Part shown: piece after piece, positions 28,301-43,300 of the stretch | How positions within the stretch are numbered: position 1 is the first letter of the stretch | How the letters are laid out: every line of letters begins with the position of its first letter | NCBI RefSeq assembly: GCF_000150275.1 | Contig: NW_002060947.1 | Coordinates: 2,345,740-2,409,739 of the forward strand | From: Trichoplax adhaerens | Taxonomy: Eukaryota; Animalia; Placozoa | Length of the DNA stretch: 64,000 nucleotides | Direction of reading: 5' to 3' | Translations under genes and position numbers: made by a program | Notes under the pieces: generated by a model | Databases searched by the model: none | What the model was told of the DNA's origin: nothing | What the model saw: only the letters and a program-made list of their open reading frames with translations

Positions 28301-31300
28301 GACACTATTAGGTTACTGTCTTCAATAAAATTCAGAGATTTCAGTTACCTTCGTAGCAACTTCTGGAAGATAATGAGGGTTCCTCAACTTCGTAGTTATG
28401 TATAGCCTAAAATCAGTAGAATACTGCACAATATTCTCTCCTAATCGCATATATTGTATTCCCCCTATAATTTAGTAGTATGAAATTTTTTAAACAATAA
28501 TTTACTGCATTTCAGAATTTCTCAATACAGAAAAGTAATATTTACCTTGCTTAAAAGCTTGCTTCAATAAGATAGGTTCGAGCGATGGATCGATTTCCTC
28601 GCTAATATTTTCAAGCAAAACGGGATTTCCGAACTGTATCGAATTTTCTAGGGCTCGCATGTAATCAGGGTCTGATAGTTTAATTATCTAGTTATAATGG
28701 AAATTCAGTTTAACTGCGTAAATTAAATTATCAATTTACATTTATTCATACTACTGTATAAGGAAATACCGCTAAATTATTATCACGTTCTAGTGTTTTA
28801 ATCCACTTGTTAGCCTGACTTTGTGGATCAATCATGAGTGGCCTAATTAAGCAATAGAAATTTTTATTCGAAATAGCTGGACTGTAACGTAGAAGAATGA
28901 TTTAGTACAAACCATCTTCTTGCATTTGCAACAATAATTCCGTTATCGATCGAAAAACTATCATTCGGCAAACCAGCGATGTTCCATGTTCGTATCTTAA
29001 TCGGTTCTCCTAGTGTCTTGCTTAAAGAGAATTCAGCAGAGCAAGGAACTTGTGACTCCTATAACATTTGACGATAAATTTCGGTCATGCTATTTATAAT
29101 TCATATAACAATTAACTTGGCATAAGCGTAATACATCCCCACATATCCGTAACAAGTCGGCACAGACAATGTTTGATATTTGCTCACCTTGCATCTGCTG
29201 TTCCATCCCGCTACGCAAACCGAACGATACGAAGAAGTAAAAGGTCCCAAGTATGCAATGGTTCCAGCAGATATTAATACATCACCTACAAGATTGTTAT
29301 ACACTTCTTCTAGTGCTTTTACAGCAGATCTCCATCGATCATTTTCACCACCAAGACCACCAATTAATTTAGTAGCTCTTTCCAGTTTCTTAGCACACAG
29401 GTCAACCTTCGATTATAATAAAGCTTTCAGAATCATTGCATCAACATTCACCAGAACGAATAATATGACAGTGGACAAAAACTTCTACAATAATTTTAGC
29501 AACTTTATTTACTTGAAATTCGAGCTGGGCCTTCTTTTCTTGCCCGGCTTCCAACTGATTCTGAAGTGACGTAAATTTGCTTTCAATAGCTCTTAACTCC
29601 GACCGTTTTTCATTTAAAGCAGCCATTATTTGAGAAAGTTTTTCTTCTGCTTCTCTTAATCTAATTTTTTTCGGAGCTACTATCTGTAACCGAAGAAGCA
29701 GCAATAATATCATGCACGAATACCAATTATACTGAAAGGGATAACAGTAGCGACAGATTTAACTCATGCCAGTAATCAATACGTTGCCATTCTCAATTTA
29801 CCTTTGCAACACGATCGTAAATTTCCATAGCAATAACCCATTTACAAAGTCCTTCAGCAGCCGAAGATGCAGTGCGAACCTTAGCCGGATCAAAATTTTC
29901 ATTCCTTAGAAATTCGGAACGAATTCTGTCCATTGTTTGAGGCTAGAGCATAAATATAGGCCATTAGACTTGATTTACTTCAACAAGCGGGTTGGAAAAG
30001 TCAACCGAATCCGTAGCAAGTCTCACCTGAATGTTATCTTTATCATATATTTTCAGTGTATTTAAAAAATTCATGTCAGTTAACATTTTCTTAGAAGGTC
30101 CCCAATAATCCAGAATCTATTAATCATTTAATTGCAACTTATTGAAAATCAGTGCAATTTATTGCAATTCATCCGTTAATAAATTACATTTTCAAAATGG
30201 CAATCTATAATTAACAAGACATCATCTTATATAATACTAGTAAATGTCCTAGCAAATTTCCACAAAGCAATGCTCTAAGAAATATATTACTGACACCTAC
30301 ATAAGTGTAATTTAGTATGTGCATAACCCTTAAACTATCTCGCAAAATCTGTAATCTCCTTCTCATAAAAATATTGATTCAATACTTATAAATTCCAATA
30401 TGGATTCTACACTAATATAGGTATAAATGCTTATATGCTTTAAATGATTCTTAGTAACCATTTACTATCACCAAGTTTTACCTTTTCATTAGGTTTATCG
30501 GGATTATTAACTTTGTCGGCTTTTATGCCTCGCATGACACAAACCGCAGCAAGCACAAGCTTAACCCCAGGTGGTGGATTCACCATGGTTCTTACTATTG
30601 CGATATCAGCTGGCTACTCCAAGTTGAAAATAGAAAAATTTCTGATAAATCCATTACACAAACTTCTAAAACAAGGTTATCTCTCACCCGAAGTGTATCT
30701 AAAGCCGCTTGAGCAGCTTCTAAAGCTGGGATAGCCTCAGCTAAATCATTCTCACACTAATAAATGAATTTTGAAGATTGTTTAGGAAGCTAGATACGCT
30801 AAATAACTCGAAAGTAGCAAAATACAGTAAAATATGTTAACTTTATTAAATTAACCTCATCCTTCAATGCCTGAGCCTCAGCAGCCTGTTCGTTTGCTTT
30901 ATGTTCTTCCTCTCTGACAATATTACTAGCGGCTTCAACCTCTTTAGACTCGTTTTCAATTAGCTAAATACATATTAAAATTACGAATTATAGGGTAGCT
31001 TCTTAAAGAATTGTCACAGACGTACAGCATTTATAATTTTAAACATTTATAATTCAAGCACATATATTAATCCTATCGTTAAACTTCAAGGATAGATTAT
31101 AATTATCGACAATAGCGTGAATTACTAACCGTCATCATTTCCGAATTCTGTTCAGAAGCTCGAACTAACTGAGGTTGAAGATTTTCAAGCTCAATTTGCA
31201 TCGAGGCTACTTGTTCCGATGCAAATGCTAGCTTTTGAAGCCCACCTTCGTATCGTTTGCTAACTTTTATAATCTGTAATACACCAAAATATAAATTTTA

Positions 31301-34300
31301 GAAAAAATTTTAGTAATACAAAATTTAATCATCTATAATTCGAATGTAAAGAAAATAAATCTTCAAGTACTTTAATTCTAAGTAAATATATTGTACTAAT
31401 GTATGAAACCGTGAATTAAGATACCTCATTTCGTTTTTGTGAAAGTAACAGTTTAAACGAGGAAATCAATTCAAGATATGAGGTCGGTGTAACATAGTTG
31501 TGACGATTTAATTCTGCTAAATACCTAGATGTAAAAAATTTGTAAGCTGAAGCACGACCAATCTAAGATATATTTAAAGTCTTACTTTTGCGATAACTGC
31601 CGAATGTTCTTGTGAAATAGCTTGCAAAGATCAACAATGTTATCTCTTTCATTTTCCTGAAGGTCAATGTCTTCCAAAAACTTATACGCCACCATTTCTA
31701 GGGCATCTTCTGGCCAAGCCTAGGCGTTTAAATTAAAAATATTTATGCTAGAATTTGGTGTAAGTATTTCCTTACTGATAATGGAACGACGTGACTAACA
31801 ATTAACAATTCTGTAGCATAAATGTGAGATATTACAGGTAACCACTAATCGATCAGCTGACAGATCTACTGTACTACCGTGTATTTTACAGTCTAGTCGA
31901 AAGCTTTAATTCTAATACTACTTAACCGGTAACACATTTTTCTTTGATATCTTACGATGACCTACATAAAATTATGATCTACTAGACCAATTTATACGAC
32001 TGGGTTCTCAAATCAACCCAGTCCGTGCTTTCATGCGTGCTAAAAAGTAGGTATTAAATTTAGATGGCTAGCTTTACGCGCACACCTACCTGGTACCAGT
32101 CAATATTACAGCAATTAATCAGAGAAGGAAATCGTCTTATTCGAGTTCTGAAAGCGTCTCCGATTGGGCTCATGCATAAAGCAATATGCAAATTATCACG
32201 ACAGCGACCAATAAAGTAGTTGTAGAGTGTTAATGGAGTAAACTCTGCATTGACATCTTTCGCCTGAGCTACAGGTCTGATGGCCTATCCGATAAATACG
32301 GTAACGATCAAAGTTTGTTATTAAGTATTAACTACCGCTTGGCTGTTACACACGTGAAATCACATAAGCATCCCTACTGTAGTTATAATTTTATTTAGTA
32401 ATAAATGGTATAATTCATATATAATACCATTACCATAAATTTTAGTGCACATAAACCCATAAAAACAATACAAGTAATGCGTAAACCTCAATTAGTTCAG
32501 CTTTTTCATCAGGTGGAAACAGATTAGGAACCTCACTGGAATTCAGTAAACTATCAATATCTTCTAAAAATGATTCATCTTTGATCTGGCTATCTCCAAG
32601 TAAGAATACTGTAGGTTTGCCTTGACAACCAGCCCCTTTCAACAATTTCTGTGAAATTGAAGTAATCCTATTAACACCAGATCACAACAAACATTTGCAG
32701 TATGTAGTATAATAACAGCAACAACAACCTTGAGATCATCCTTCCATTCAGAACGTCCATAATTCTTCGAAATCTCTGGTTGAAAAACATTAAATCCTGA
32801 CATAAAAGCAGCCAAACTTGTTAATGATTGCCGTCCGCTACCACCAACACCGACTAACAACAAATTCCCTCCAGCTTGTTTAAGTACACGACAAATGCGA
32901 GATAGATGCTCAAGCATATAGCTAAGTTAAGGATCACAATAAAATTAAATAGTTGTAATAGAAGAAGCGCTGTGCAGAGAAATTTAAGCAAAATAGCTTG
33001 GTGAATTTACTGTAATTTACAATTTATACCTAAAGACAACTAGTTTCATTGGAGTCTTATGTGTCATGTTATAATCTTCAAGTTTTAATTCAACGACGTT
33101 ATTCATATCTTCTAAGGAAGTAACTTCTTCGTATAATTGATCATCCTATAGCATAAATATATTGAAGGAATAAGCAGATGCCCTATAAATTCCTTAAACT
33201 TATAGCCACACAAATTCAACAAAACCGTTTCACTGTCGGAAGCCATATAGTCTCCAAATAATAATTTTCTCATATCATCCTCCGTCGGCTAGACAGTTAC
33301 AAAGACCCACGCAAAAGCAAATCGGATATCATTATAGGCCTAATAGAAAAATTGCTAATATGCTAATACATTCGCAACAATTACTAACAGCTTCTCCTTC
33401 TTTAACAGCAAGATGAGAAAAGATATCATCAAAGTTATCTTTCAAATGTTCTCTGACAACTTTCTTTGTTAAACTAAAACCAAATAACGAGAGTCAGTGC
33501 ATATATTACTGAGATGCTTGCATTACACACAGTCCAATAATAAAACCGTACTTATATAACCAGTCTCTGTCATTGATATCAGTAAGGCGATCATAAAACA
33601 CCCTGTAAATTTCATGGACCCAAAGCCTGCAAGGTATAAATCAAAAGAAACCGTTATTTACAAGCATGGGTCTATGTAATCGGTTAAAGAGCTAAACCTG
33701 ACCTGATTAAAGATCTCTTATTTTCTATCGATTGCGGTCTCACTAACAATACGCCCTGGATAGTTCTTGAAAAATCTCGCAAATTAAAGGTATAATGAGA
33801 CTTGGCCGGGGTTGGCAATAAATTTCCAATTGCTGATTTGTAGATCTGTAAATAACATAAAAACGCTAAGCTGTTGTTGCCTCATTCAACTATCACACTT
33901 TTATCTTTCAACAGCAGTAAAATGACCTGCAATGTTGCCGCAACTACTTGCATCCCTACAGAAAAATATTCGGCAGGAAACTGGCGGACCTGTATCGAAT
34001 AGAGCAACCAGGATGGATTACAAGAATCTATGAAGATATCTTCATGAAATAATTTATTTATGCAATGTAATAAGAAAGATCAAATGATACTCATTTATAA
34101 GAAATTAAAGATATTAATTTAGACCCACCTTTAAAATATGGGTAACTATAGTATTAAATATGGTCAGCATTGCCTCGTCAGAAAAAATGGTCATGGAAAT
34201 AATGTTAAAGTGTCTTAAAAATCTTGAAGATATATGACTTCTACCACCCCCTGGTGGGCCCATAGCTCCAATTATTTGTATATCATCTAGCTGAATTTTT

Positions 34301-37300
34301 GAAGTATCTTTCCTATCGTACCTGAGAAACACACGACAAGCTATTAAATCTCCAACCCAAATTCATAATATGCATTTAAAACACACAATGAAGGTATCAT
34401 CAATATGTCATAAATTGATTACGCATTTACACACCAAATTTTATGGTCAAGCCACTGTCGTAGTAACTCAATAGGCGGCTGTGCACCGTATTTTTCTTGC
34501 ATAGGCATATTAAGGTCATCCACGAACAGAATACAATTTTTACCGAGCGGAGGTCCATAGATGCCTTTTCTTCTTTTATCTAATTTAGACATCACTATAT
34601 CCTGCGACAAAATTTCAAATTTTGACGATTAGACCTTATCAAAAATGTATCTACACTGATAACTGCTACTTATAAGAGTTATTACGCGCGTGACTCTGAT
34701 ACTAGAGTAAATAACGTCTAGGGATTAGGGTACATAAAGCGCATAACTTATTAAATGATAAGATCAGCGACTTCTTGATAAGAGTGTAATACCAATACGG
34801 AATCATGTTTGATCGATGACTCCGAATTTTACTTATGTACACGTATATGTTTATACATAGTATTACTTAAGGTAAGGAAACCCTGTGTAAATTAAATTTT
34901 TGTGTTTAATAAGGCTGCCTTTGCCTTGACGCGTATAACCGTGTCTAGCGTTATTGACCTAGTGTCGCTACATATTAAATAACTGCAGCAAATAGTGATA
35001 TAGTTTCTTATAATGTTATACCTGCGTTTGATTAGCGGTTGTTTGGGCAGAAAAGTTTATTAACACAGGAGAATAACGATCCCTCGGTAGCTTATGTATT
35101 AACTTCTCCTTCACGTACATCGTCTTGCCAGTTCCCGTAGGTCCAACCAATAGTATAGGTAGACCATATTGAATCAATAAATCTAGTAAATAAGAATAAC
35201 GCATAGTATCTGTCGTAGGAACTATTATTTCATTCATTTTCGCATCCAAAGGAATTGTAATTCCATTCTTCGAATCTAGCCATGGTAACCATCTGCCTCG
35301 GCCCTTATTCTAAATCAAAATAAGATAAATAATTAATTATACAGTTCTAACTCAAAAACCATTCAAATCATGTAGCATAATGCAGAGTACCTCATAAACA
35401 TAGTCATATAACAGCCCAGTTTCGGGCAGTGGTACATCAATCCTCCCTAGTATATCAGGGATTGGATAAGTAGAAACTTTGCCAGATAATAGTTCACGTA
35501 AGAAAATATCAAATTTTGTTCGACTTTCACCATCGACACTCCCGCCAACAGACCATACACACGCAAAGATAATTGAAGCCTAAAATTTTAAGCAGAAACC
35601 TGCATTTTATATCATGGCAAGTAGGAACTACCGCAAGTCTCGAATAAGTATTGTAGCTATTACCGTTATCCACGTGCGTTTATGCTTGTTCTCTGAGACA
35701 AGTTCTTCACCATACGGCAATATCAAGGCTTTGGTTAACTTTAAGAATGACATTACAAGACTACTACTAGACGTATGTTCGAGTTGCTAAAATTTGTTGG
35801 TCCAAATAGATACTAATATTTATTCATGATTCTGTATTGTTATGTTAATCCAATGATTTATGTAATAATAGTCTACCTTGCAATTTCTGTAGATAAAATC
35901 TAAGCATGCAGTTGCCATCCACTTCATCAAAGCAAGGATATAAGGACAGGCATCCTGCAATCCACCGGGCAATTCTTCAAGCCAAGATAAAAGTAAGAGT
36001 TCCCAACCGAGCGATGCTGGCTCTAAGTATATCATACCACAGCGGCTAACAGTCGCAGGCTGAAAGAAAATATCGTACATGAAATGATCTTACAGACGAA
36101 TACTAATTTAACAACCCTGTACTTACTGATGCCTGCGACAAATCCAAACACTCAAATATTAGGCTCATCTTATCGGACATTTGAATAATTTCCCCACTCA
36201 TTAAACAAAGCTATAGGATAAAATAGTCGAACGATGGTAAACATATTGTTTAGCACTTCGTAACTAGCCGAAAACAAAAATAATGAGTTGCACACAAATA
36301 GACAGATTAGATCGGCCCTTATTTTGATATCCTTACTTTCTTATTGTCATCTAAAGCTGTATTCATACTTTCGATCCAAAGGGTATCCACAGGACCATCA
36401 AATACTACCCAATTTCGTGTTTTAGAAGAATGAGCAAACTCTCGAAATGTTGTCGCAATTACGCCATCAGTCCACTAAAAAGTAACGCATATCATATTCA
36501 TGGTTATGATCCCTTAACGCACAACATCGTTAGTGTTATTCATACTTCGTGAGAAACTGGATCGAATTGCCCAAATAGTTGTCCCATTGTAATAGCTTTC
36601 GGATTGATTATTCGATACTGCACCTAAATCGCACATATCAATAGTGAGACCGTAAACCACATCACATCTAAACTTTTATGTAATCAATTCTGCAGCTTAT
36701 ACGTATGTAGTCTCAAATGATATCTTAATAAATCATTTCTGCATTGTATTGCAACAACAAAACGAAACCAATATATCAAATTTCTGCAAGGCTTCAAACC
36801 ACATCTATCGGGCAGTGCACCTACCTTATCCTCATCAAAACCCTTTTGATGTAAGGATGCTAAAGTTTCTGCCAAAATCTCTAGCACCTTCGTTTTACCG
36901 GCTAACGGCCCACCTACTAACATGAACCTAGTACATAACAGTAAAAAAGCTCGAATGAGAAATTTTTTCCTTTATTATGGCAAAAAATTAAAGTAAATTC
37001 TACTTTACCCATGGCGCACAATCATCATCTCGTAAGTTTGAATCAATTTCTGTTTAAAAAACTCTACAAATTGCAAATTCTTTCCAGTACAAATCTAAAT
37101 TAAAAAATAGACCGATCGCAATAATTTATAATGGTATAATAGCTAACTGCGTCACATGCGCATAATTTTTAAAGTACCTCTTTGGCAGCATCAATCAAGT
37201 ATGCATAATTCGGTTTAGGCAAATTAATATTTGGAAACAAATCGGATACTATTCCCTCGAACAGAGGAATATCGTGGGCTAAAAACTGTAAATGGAGAAT

Positions 37301-40300
37301 TCTTAAAAAGTCTGCAGTAATTATTAACTTGTAAATCTTCAGATTAAGAAGTCAACCTTTGGAGAATTTACGTCAATTATGGAGCGTAATAGCTAAAAAA
37401 AAAGCGAACAGGGTTTAAGAGGGTTATAATATTTAATTTTACAAAAATCATAGTATAAACGGCTCATCTGGGTAGGTGCATTGAGCCAGATTACTTAGAT
37501 TTTTGTTTACCAATACACTTTCATTTTCACTAGGATGTTTCAATTTCAAATTAGCGGCAGCAGCCAAAACCGCCTTTACAGCTCTCATGCCATAATCGTA
37601 ATGAAATTGCGTAGATAGCTGAAAGATAAATACAGTATTAACCCCTAAATACTTCAATTTTAATCAATAATTATAGTAAGCATACAAATGACTTACTAAT
37701 TCAGAACAAAGACGATATGTGGATACGATCTTGATCGCAAGATTCCTGGCATCAACAAAACCATATGAATATAACATGATTTCACTTATCAGAGCGTAAT
37801 CAGGGACCATCATTGCGACCGTTCTAAATAAAACCTGATAAACGAAGTAATCTGAATGAAAACCCCTTAATAACTCCACCCGAAGTATAAAATTCTTGCA
37901 GCATACTTTTAAGTTGTCAGGTAATTCCGACCGACCAGCATATCCTGGGTTCATGGTAATGCATACATAACAGCTTGGATTAAGAACGATTTCAGTTCCA
38001 TCAAAGACAAATCGGTCTAACTGACTCTGAACAGCTCGCTGGATAGCCAAAATCTATATTTTTCATAAAGCAAAAATTTATCAAAATAGATTATATTGTC
38101 CAGTATAATGATCGTGTAGTACTCTAATTTCATCAATACGGATAACATTACAGTACATGTACTCTGCTGCAACTAATAAATTCGATTGATATCTTTCTTA
38201 GCCGAAGCATACCTGCTGGGCAACAACAGACAAGACTTCCAGTTCTATCCTATTGAATTCGTCGAAACACGCCCATGCACCGGAGGACGCTAAGCCTTTA
38301 AAAAACTAACAAACGAAGAATATTTAAAATTAATACACTACAAAACCGGCGTAATTATAAAAATACATAAAACGTTTTTTACTCTCGTAAATCTAAAGAC
38401 AGTTGTTCCAGTACCTTTCCCATAGCAAGATAGTCTAAACCATCAGAACAGTTAAAAACAACGCATTGCTTGGCCAGTGCTTTCGCTAAATCCTTAATAA
38501 CATATTACATGCCCTTTATAGAACTATACCTATGAACTTTAAATAAAAGAAATCTATGTAAAGTACCTTAACAGTTTCAGTTTTCCCAGTACCGGCTGGA
38601 CCTTCAGGAGCGCCGTTTAAGTTTAGACTATAAGCACTCACTAGCGTCCGATAGCACCGGTCAGTCAAAGGAGTAATAACGAGTCTGCATAAAGAAAGGA
38701 ATACGACATCGTTTTTCATACTATGTTCTCATCAAAATTGAAACACAAATTCAAAACTTTTAATCTTTGATAATCACCGACTGGTATTCCCTAAATATTC
38801 ATATCCGTAGTTTACACTCGCATTAACAATGCGAATAGTTATGTCATCTAAATGCCAATAGTATCGCAGCTGGCAAAGCCACTGGAAATCGCTCTCACTA
38901 CTAACGCCTAATTCGTAACCAATAATTAGATAAAATTCGTAATATTCGTACTATCCACGCAATGACAATTTAATTTATTAAAATTCATCGAACTCATAAA
39001 GTCAACTCAAACCTTTATCAGCTAATTCTAAAATTACATCCCTAGCGTGAACGTCGATAACTACAAGAGCACCAAGCGTAATGCGCGTTTGTTTTGACAA
39101 TTCCCCTCGAACCAGTTTGACAATGTTTTCAAGCTATAAACAAATTATGTCAACGATAGTATTAATTAGCAAAATCACAAAAGCTATGATATAACAAAAC
39201 TGGTACGGAGCTGAATTCATTTATAGATATCATGCAGTTATCCGAAAACATTTCAACACTTTCAAATGATATCCGTCTGCTAAGATTCTAATAAAACAAA
39301 TAGTCTGCAGCTACAGTATTATTTCTCTACCAAAGGAAACTCATTTATACACTATATCACTTCAAATTATAGCATCTATTTAACTCAAGTTACTTAGATG
39401 GTGTAGACCAACATAAGGTAAAAGCTGACTCGAACATCTGAGAATATAGTACTTTGCAATACTTAAATGTTTCTTATCAATTGTAACATTCTGATTTACT
39501 ATTTCCATCAAATGCAAACACCAAAAGAAATATCATAAGTACAGACCTGTCTCTGTAGTCTATCATGGTAATCGTTTAAGCCATGCGGACCTAGTTTTAT
39601 TGCATCATGCGTTTCTCTAGTCCAAATGATCTGGTTTACTGTCAGTACCACCTTTTAATCATAAAAATAGTAAATTAATAGGTTAGACATGTAATAATAC
39701 CTACCTACTATTTTACTTTATATAGAATCTATGTACCAAACCATTCTGATAGATATGTGTAAAATGTAATACAGATACTACGTTTTAAAAATATAGCTTT
39801 GCAATTTCTCATGATATAAGTGCTTTTCGCTGATGTCCCTGGATGCCTGCCTACCTGGCCTGGCCATTCAGTAACCCAAATAGACCTTTCGTCGTCAGTA
39901 TATGCCTGATGTGATAAAATTTACAGTTAGTTATCGTAACCCTGTAAAGTGTTCTGCATGACGTATCATCCTAAGCTATTATATGAAAGTTACCACAATT
40001 ATTTCCATAATGTTATATGTGCATTGTACGTTATTATTGAATAAAAATAAAAATACCAAGATTTAGCTGACTAAGAGCTGTGACACTAAGATAGGTTATA
40101 ATGTTAAAGTCAGTCTGATATCCATACACTGCATAGTGAAATATTTTTAATTCTTCAAATGTATGATATCTATATTGATCGTATAAAGCAATATCATTCT
40201 TTTCAAAGTTAGGACTAAAAAACCACTACCATCACATATATGCAGACTATACACTCCTCCTACAGGTTGATTAAAATAAAATGAACCTTAACTAACTACA

Positions 40301-43300
40301 AAATTAAATGCCACTTGAACCCTTCACTTCAATATCTGATTTATAATGTAACATACTAATCGTCCCATAATAGCTCTTGCAGCATATAATCAATTTATGT
40401 CATACTTATGTCTAATAACCGACGAAAATTTTAGTTATCAAAGACAATTTCAGTTCCTAGTACTAACAAAGACCACTACCATATCTGTATATAAAAACCT
40501 TATCACAAATGGCGCTGAGTTGCTTACCTCTAATGCCTTATCTAAAACGTTCTTAACGCTTAAAAACATGACGTTTTGAACCTGATCGTTTACAAAAATT
40601 GATTTAACCGTAGTGCGGGTTACCAAACGGTGCATATTAGTATAGTTTCCGAATAAGTCTATCATACCCTAAGTAACCATTTTTCAACTGCTCCCTTCGT
40701 TTCTGAAGTAGATATCCTTTCCGTAAAATCAATCTGAAAATTACATTACCGAAATATTTTAACAACGCTACATTTTCAAAGATAATATGTATGCTGGATG
40801 CTACTTTGAAACGATACTACTGTAAATTTTCCTAAATTTGCAATACCAACACATCATAAAATTTTAAATTTATACCTTCTCCCCTTGAGCGCTGTACATT
40901 GCAGTTATGTTCATGTTATTTGTAAAATCTAGTTCCGAAATCCCTTCAAAACATTTTTTTAGATGCGGTTGAACTCGAGTAGGATCTTTGGTTTCCGATA
41001 AGATTTCCAAAATTTCGTCATTTGACAAAAAGAAAAATCTGTTCAAAATTATCACAGAAAAGATAGTATTACCAAACTATCACGTAGTTAATTATCAAAA
41101 GATGCATACTAACTGCAATCACCAAGTAAACTCTTATAAAATTTTAGCACCTAACACGCAAATCTATAAGCAAAATCTGCACTTTCGAATTAAAAATTCT
41201 TATAGAATGGGTTTGACTACAGTATATGATTTGCTGCGAACCTCGGAAAGTATAAGCGTTTCTTTTCTAGATACTGATTTAACCCTTTATTTATTTTTTC
41301 CAAAAGTCGATTGCAGTCCGTCAATCTTTCCAGTAAATTTGCCATAGAAGTTGCCGCAAGAACCTAAGAAATATCAACAACCTTACAAACTCTCCTAAAA
41401 TAGCTGTCTATCTTATATAAGCCAAATAAAGAAAATTTTTTTACTTTTGGATCTTTCAGCGCATTCTTCATTACGTCCTTCCAAGTTCTATCAACTGTTT
41501 GAAAAAGCCGCCCCTCTTCTGGCATCTGTAGCATAATGTCCTCCGAACTAAAAATTGGCTCTAAATATAGCCATTGAGCCTGAACCTGCAATCGCGATAT
41601 TCTCATTTTTCAGTCCTAGTAAAATGTTCCAAATCCATCTAATATATGTATATCTATTTTGTACCTTGAGCCATTCATCTATAATATCTTGAACTCTCGT
41701 TAATCTTTCCTCCCATTCCTAACATAATTCAAGATATTCGTTAATTTACTATAAGGATTTCCTATGTTATATTGTATCCGCACTTTAATGTCTTTTTCAA
41801 AAGGTTTGATAAAAGGAGACCCCTTCATTATCTGCGTTTTGATAATTTGATCATCAAGGAGGGTCTGAATATCGTCGATAGCTGCTAGGATAACAATGCC
41901 TAAGATGGAATAACGTAAAAAGCTAAAGTAATTAACTACTTAGATAATGCCAACAAATATATTTACGCAAAAAAGTAGCAACTGGAGTTAACCTGAGTCT
42001 CTGTAAGTAGTCGTATTAAAATTTACGGCGTCCCACTCTTCAACCATGCGCTGCAGTGATTTTTCCAGTGCAAACTCCTTTAAATGTTACCAAAATAACA
42101 AATAGCAAATACTGCTGTATAAGATCACTGAGGACTGTAGCCGTAATTCATCTCTTTGCATCTGAAACGCATATGTACCGCAAAACCGCGTACCTTACTA
42201 GCGGCTAAGCTAATATTTTCGAATTCTTCCATATATGGCTGTAAATTAATTTTCAAGACTTTCCTTAAGGTGGTTCCAGAATCAGGTGTTAGATCAAATC
42301 CTATAAACTGCGACATCTAGAAGAGACGTAGTAACTACTTAGAGAACTCATCAGTTCATATCATTAGTAATTGTGATAGTATACTATTAACAGCAAGTAC
42401 ATACGAAAAATTTTAATTACTATTGTGTCATAAAAGTATCTAAGCAATGCCGTAGTTGATAATTATAAGTAAAAAACAAGTCACACAGTAAATATGTACA
42501 ATACCGTACAAACAAAAAGTAAACGTATGATAACGAAAGCGTTAGTGGCTTATTCCATCATATGTTTCAGAATAAATAGGGATATCACTTACGAACGAAC
42601 CCAATTTATTTCATTGGTGTCGGCTATAATCTAACTGTAGATTAAAAGCATACAATTAAGAATGTACTTACTTGTTTCCAGTGTCTGTCCCGTATACCAG
42701 GGTTACATAGAGTAGTCACCAATGGAATATGAACCTAAACACACAAGAGCAACGAATATTGTATATTAATCAACCTACTGCAATTGCAAGAGCATGTGTA
42801 CTAAATAAGGCTTCCAATAAAGGAATCTGTAAATGATAGCATGAGATATCAGCAAAATCGGCAAAAATATATATTTATTAAATGATTTTACAGTTACTAT
42901 TTTTGTATTTTCTATAACCTTAAAATCCAATATTTGCTTTTGAATAGCGTTGGAAACTTTAATAGCTGGAGTTTCCTCATCTTTTATTTCCCTATCTGAC
43001 AATCTTTCTCCTTTCTTCTGACGTGTTGCCTCTTTCCCTTTACCTTTCTTTAGTCTAGCTGTAAACACCTTTGCAACCTTCAGAATATCCCGATTGTATT
43101 CGTTTACCTAATAAAAATGTAAAACGATATTCACCAATTTCGAATCATAATATCACTAACAGTTTCAAATTCGACAATCAAACAACACTTTTAAGCTACG
43201 TAAGTGTTGTGCATGAATTAGCAATTCGAAATACTTTGCATATGATACAGTTTAAAATCTAAATTCATTTTCTAAGTTAAAATAACCCAACAGAAGGAGT